A stretch of DNA of 64,000 nt, taken from an uncultured virus (IMG/VR IMGVR_UViG_3300037493_002973). Taxonomy: Duplodnaviria > Heunggongvirae > Uroviricota > Caudoviricetes. Where the stretch lies: the IMG/VR virus record IMGVR_UViG_3300037493_002973; one strand, 5' to 3'. Numbering within the stretch: position 1 is the first letter of the stretch; each line of letters starts with the position of its first letter. The notes beneath the pieces were generated by a model. The model did no database searches and was not told the origin of the DNA. It saw only the letters and a program-made list of their open reading frames with translations. The position numbers were made by a program, and so were the translations under genes. Positions 62,475 through 64,000 of this stretch are shown here, piece by piece.

Positions 62475-62981
62475 CTATCGTTCTACCCTATGTGGAGAAT
62501 GTTTATATTCCTCCATAAGGTTCTTAATTTTTTGGTGTATGGTCATTTTCTGACCTTCCACTACTGTCCTGAATCCCCTCAAGTCCGTATATAAGTCCTC
62601 GTACTCATTCCTTGCCTTTCTTGCAAGGCGAAGTTCATCTCGGAGTTTCCTTGTAGATATTGCTGCAAGTTTATCTGCCTTACCCATCGGGATCCCCTCA
62701 TTGTTACTCAAGCGCAAGGCTTCTCTTGCCTCTTCCACCTTAACAATCTCCGTACAAATTTCTATGTGTGTTTTAGCAGTAGTAATAAATGGGAGAATGG
62801 ATTGTTCTTCTTCCTGGAGGTAGGTTAAGTAACCTGAGTACTGCTGTACGATTTCTATTAAGTAGCCTATATCGTTGCTATTCTCTACCTCTACCCAAAG
62901 AGACTTAATTTCCTCTCTAATGGTTCTCACTTGTGGGAGTCCGTGCGCTGTCATGTCGTTGTCTGTTGTAGGAAGTTCCAT
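62475..62981 (-). CDS. Hypothetical helical protein
   Basis: 168-aa coiled-coil-like ORF. Confidence 0.65.
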   Translation of the reverse strand: MELPTTDNDMTAHGLPQVRTIREEIKSLWVEVENSNDIGYLIEIVQQYSGYLTYLQEEEQSILPFITTAKTHIEICTEIVKVEEAREALRLSNNEGIPMGKADKLAAISTRKLRDELRLARKARNEYEDLYTDLRGFRTVVEGQKMTIHQKIKNLMEEYKHSPHRVER

Positions 62982-63050
62982 TTGTGGTTCCTTGTCGTTT
63001 GTAAAAGTAAGATTAATTTCTTTAATGTAACTAAAAGTGTGAAATTATTT

Positions 63051-63422
63051 TTAGTTGTTTTTCGGTTCAATACTTTCATCTACCTCCAACAGGAACCAAT
63101 CTATCCCATCTTCAAAGACTGGCACGGGATTCATAATGTAATATCCAATAGAAACTATCTCTTTCGGGCAACATACCTGAGCTTTCTTACTTGATTTCTT
63201 ACTGAGCTTCCAACCTTGTTGTTTATCGTAAGGGTCTGCAATACCTATCGCAGGATATTCTACTCCGTTACTATCAATCGTTCTGAATACGCAGTAATCG
63301 TTGTCGTACTCCTGTAATGTACTTACGGCTTGGGGCTGCAAGTAGAGGAGATTCATTAGTTCCGACCCGTGCATATAATTACAGGCTACACTTAGGGGAT
63401 TCCTTTTTGACGGTATTGACAT
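63051..63422 (-). CDS. Hypothetical protein
   Basis: 123-aa ORF. Confidence 0.6.
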   Translation of the reverse strand: MSIPSKRNPLSVACNYMHGSELMNLLYLQPQAVSTLQEYDNDYCVFRTIDSNGVEYPAIGIADPYDKQQGWKLSKKSSKKAQVCCPKEIVSIGYYIMNPVPVFEDGIDWFLLEVDESIEPKNN

Positions 63423-63444
63423 TTGGTTGTTTTATAGTGCGTTA

Positions 63445-63591
63445 TTATCCCTTATTCCATCCCCGTCTCCATGCCGTAGCAAGGGGTTCTGTTGTGTACG
63501 GGTTTGAGACTGCTTTATTTGTTGCTTCAAAGAATGTCCAAGATATTTTACCTTGTCTTTCCGCTTGCTTGATGGTTGGTTGGCTGTTCAT
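63445..63591 (-). CDS. Small protein with Rmf/CrpP-like NPY...AWxxGW motif (48 aa)
   Basis: Hand-translated MNSQPTIKQAERQGKISWTFFEATNKAVSNPYTTEPLATAWRRGWNKG; ATGA overlap. Confidence 0.6.
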   Translation of the reverse strand: MNSQPTIKQAERQGKISWTFFEATNKAVSNPYTTEPLATAWRRGWNKG

Positions 63592-63782
63592 GGTTTGTTT
63601 GTTGGTTTAAGGTTTGGTTCATGCTCAAATAGGAAGTTAGCGATGTAGGATCTCCTTCGGGAGTTATTGATGGAGTCCTTGTCTTGTACTTGTTGGATGA
63701 AGACCTTCGCTCGTTCCCTTACTGAGGGACTTAGCTTTACGTTGTCTTGTATTACCTGTAGGCGTTCGATGTAGTTCTCCAT
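63588..63782 (-). CDS. Hypothetical protein
   Basis: 64-aa ORF. Confidence 0.6.
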   Translation of the reverse strand: MENYIERLQVIQDNVKLSPSVRERAKVFIQQVQDKDSINNSRRRSYIANFLFEHEPNLKPTNKP

Positions 63783-63784
63783 TG

Positions 63785-64000
63785 TTATTTGTTTTTTAAA
63801 TCGAATGCAATTATTTCCTGAGCAACTAACCTTCTCTTCTTAGCGTAAGGGGCGCGAACATTACACGCCATCTTGATAATGTTCTCCGCCACTTTTTCTG
63901 CATAAAAGAATTCTCGATTAGGTTCTTGGCAGTCTCCTGGCGACAACTTACCTGTGGGTACGTATGTTGGCTGCTCCTCTGTTTGATAGATTTCGGATTC
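63785..64000 (-). CDS. Hypothetical protein (partial, begins outside the window)
   Basis: Open frame from the window edge ending IIAFDLKNK-stop. Confidence 0.5.
   Translation of the reverse strand, partial: ESEIYQTEEQPTYVPTGKLSPGDCQEPNREFFYAEKVAENIIKMACNVRAPYAKKRRLVAQEIIAFDLKNK

Noticed and set aside
1..64000. Stop-codon reassignment as in some crAss-like phages
   Set aside because: Long genes are intact in the standard code and TAA, TAG and TGA all terminate genes at operon junctions.
1..64000. Integrase, att site or transposase
   Set aside because: No recognisable recombinase or IS ends in the window, so lifestyle cannot be established from this segment.

Overview
About 64 kb of a tailed dsDNA bacteriophage genome in the standard genetic code. 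Nearly all genes are on the minus strand, except a plus-strand block at 35.9-39.3 kb. The host is very probably Bacteroidota: perfect TAnnTTTG (-7) promoter boxes sit in the correct orientation in many intergenic gaps. Reading the minus strand from the right end, the order is: small early and recombination genes (SSB-like, tRNA-like RNA, Cas4-like nuclease, HTH-methyltransferase, kinase-like); a lambda-style replication module (initiator with internal iterons, DnaC-like loader, DnaB) plus a C5 methyltransferase; a crAss-like podovirus head module (terminase, portal, scaffold, major and auxiliary capsid); an inserted HNH/wHTH/helicase/RuvC block; ring and muzzle tail proteins; three probable ejected proteins, including a 3976-aa polyvalent protein with ART-like and GNAT domains; a phosphoesterase; a ~770-bp non-coding hairpin array; tail fibres; and lysis genes. 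The most unusual signal is an extensive apparent RNA layer. It comprises a promoter- and terminator-punctuated small-RNA array with a thrice-repeated bulged-hairpin motif, two switch-like leaders in front of two initiator-like genes, an orphan structured RNA, and a tRNA mimic whose anticodon loop is replaced by a GAAA tetraloop. All protein calls come from motif recognition by eye; no database search was run.
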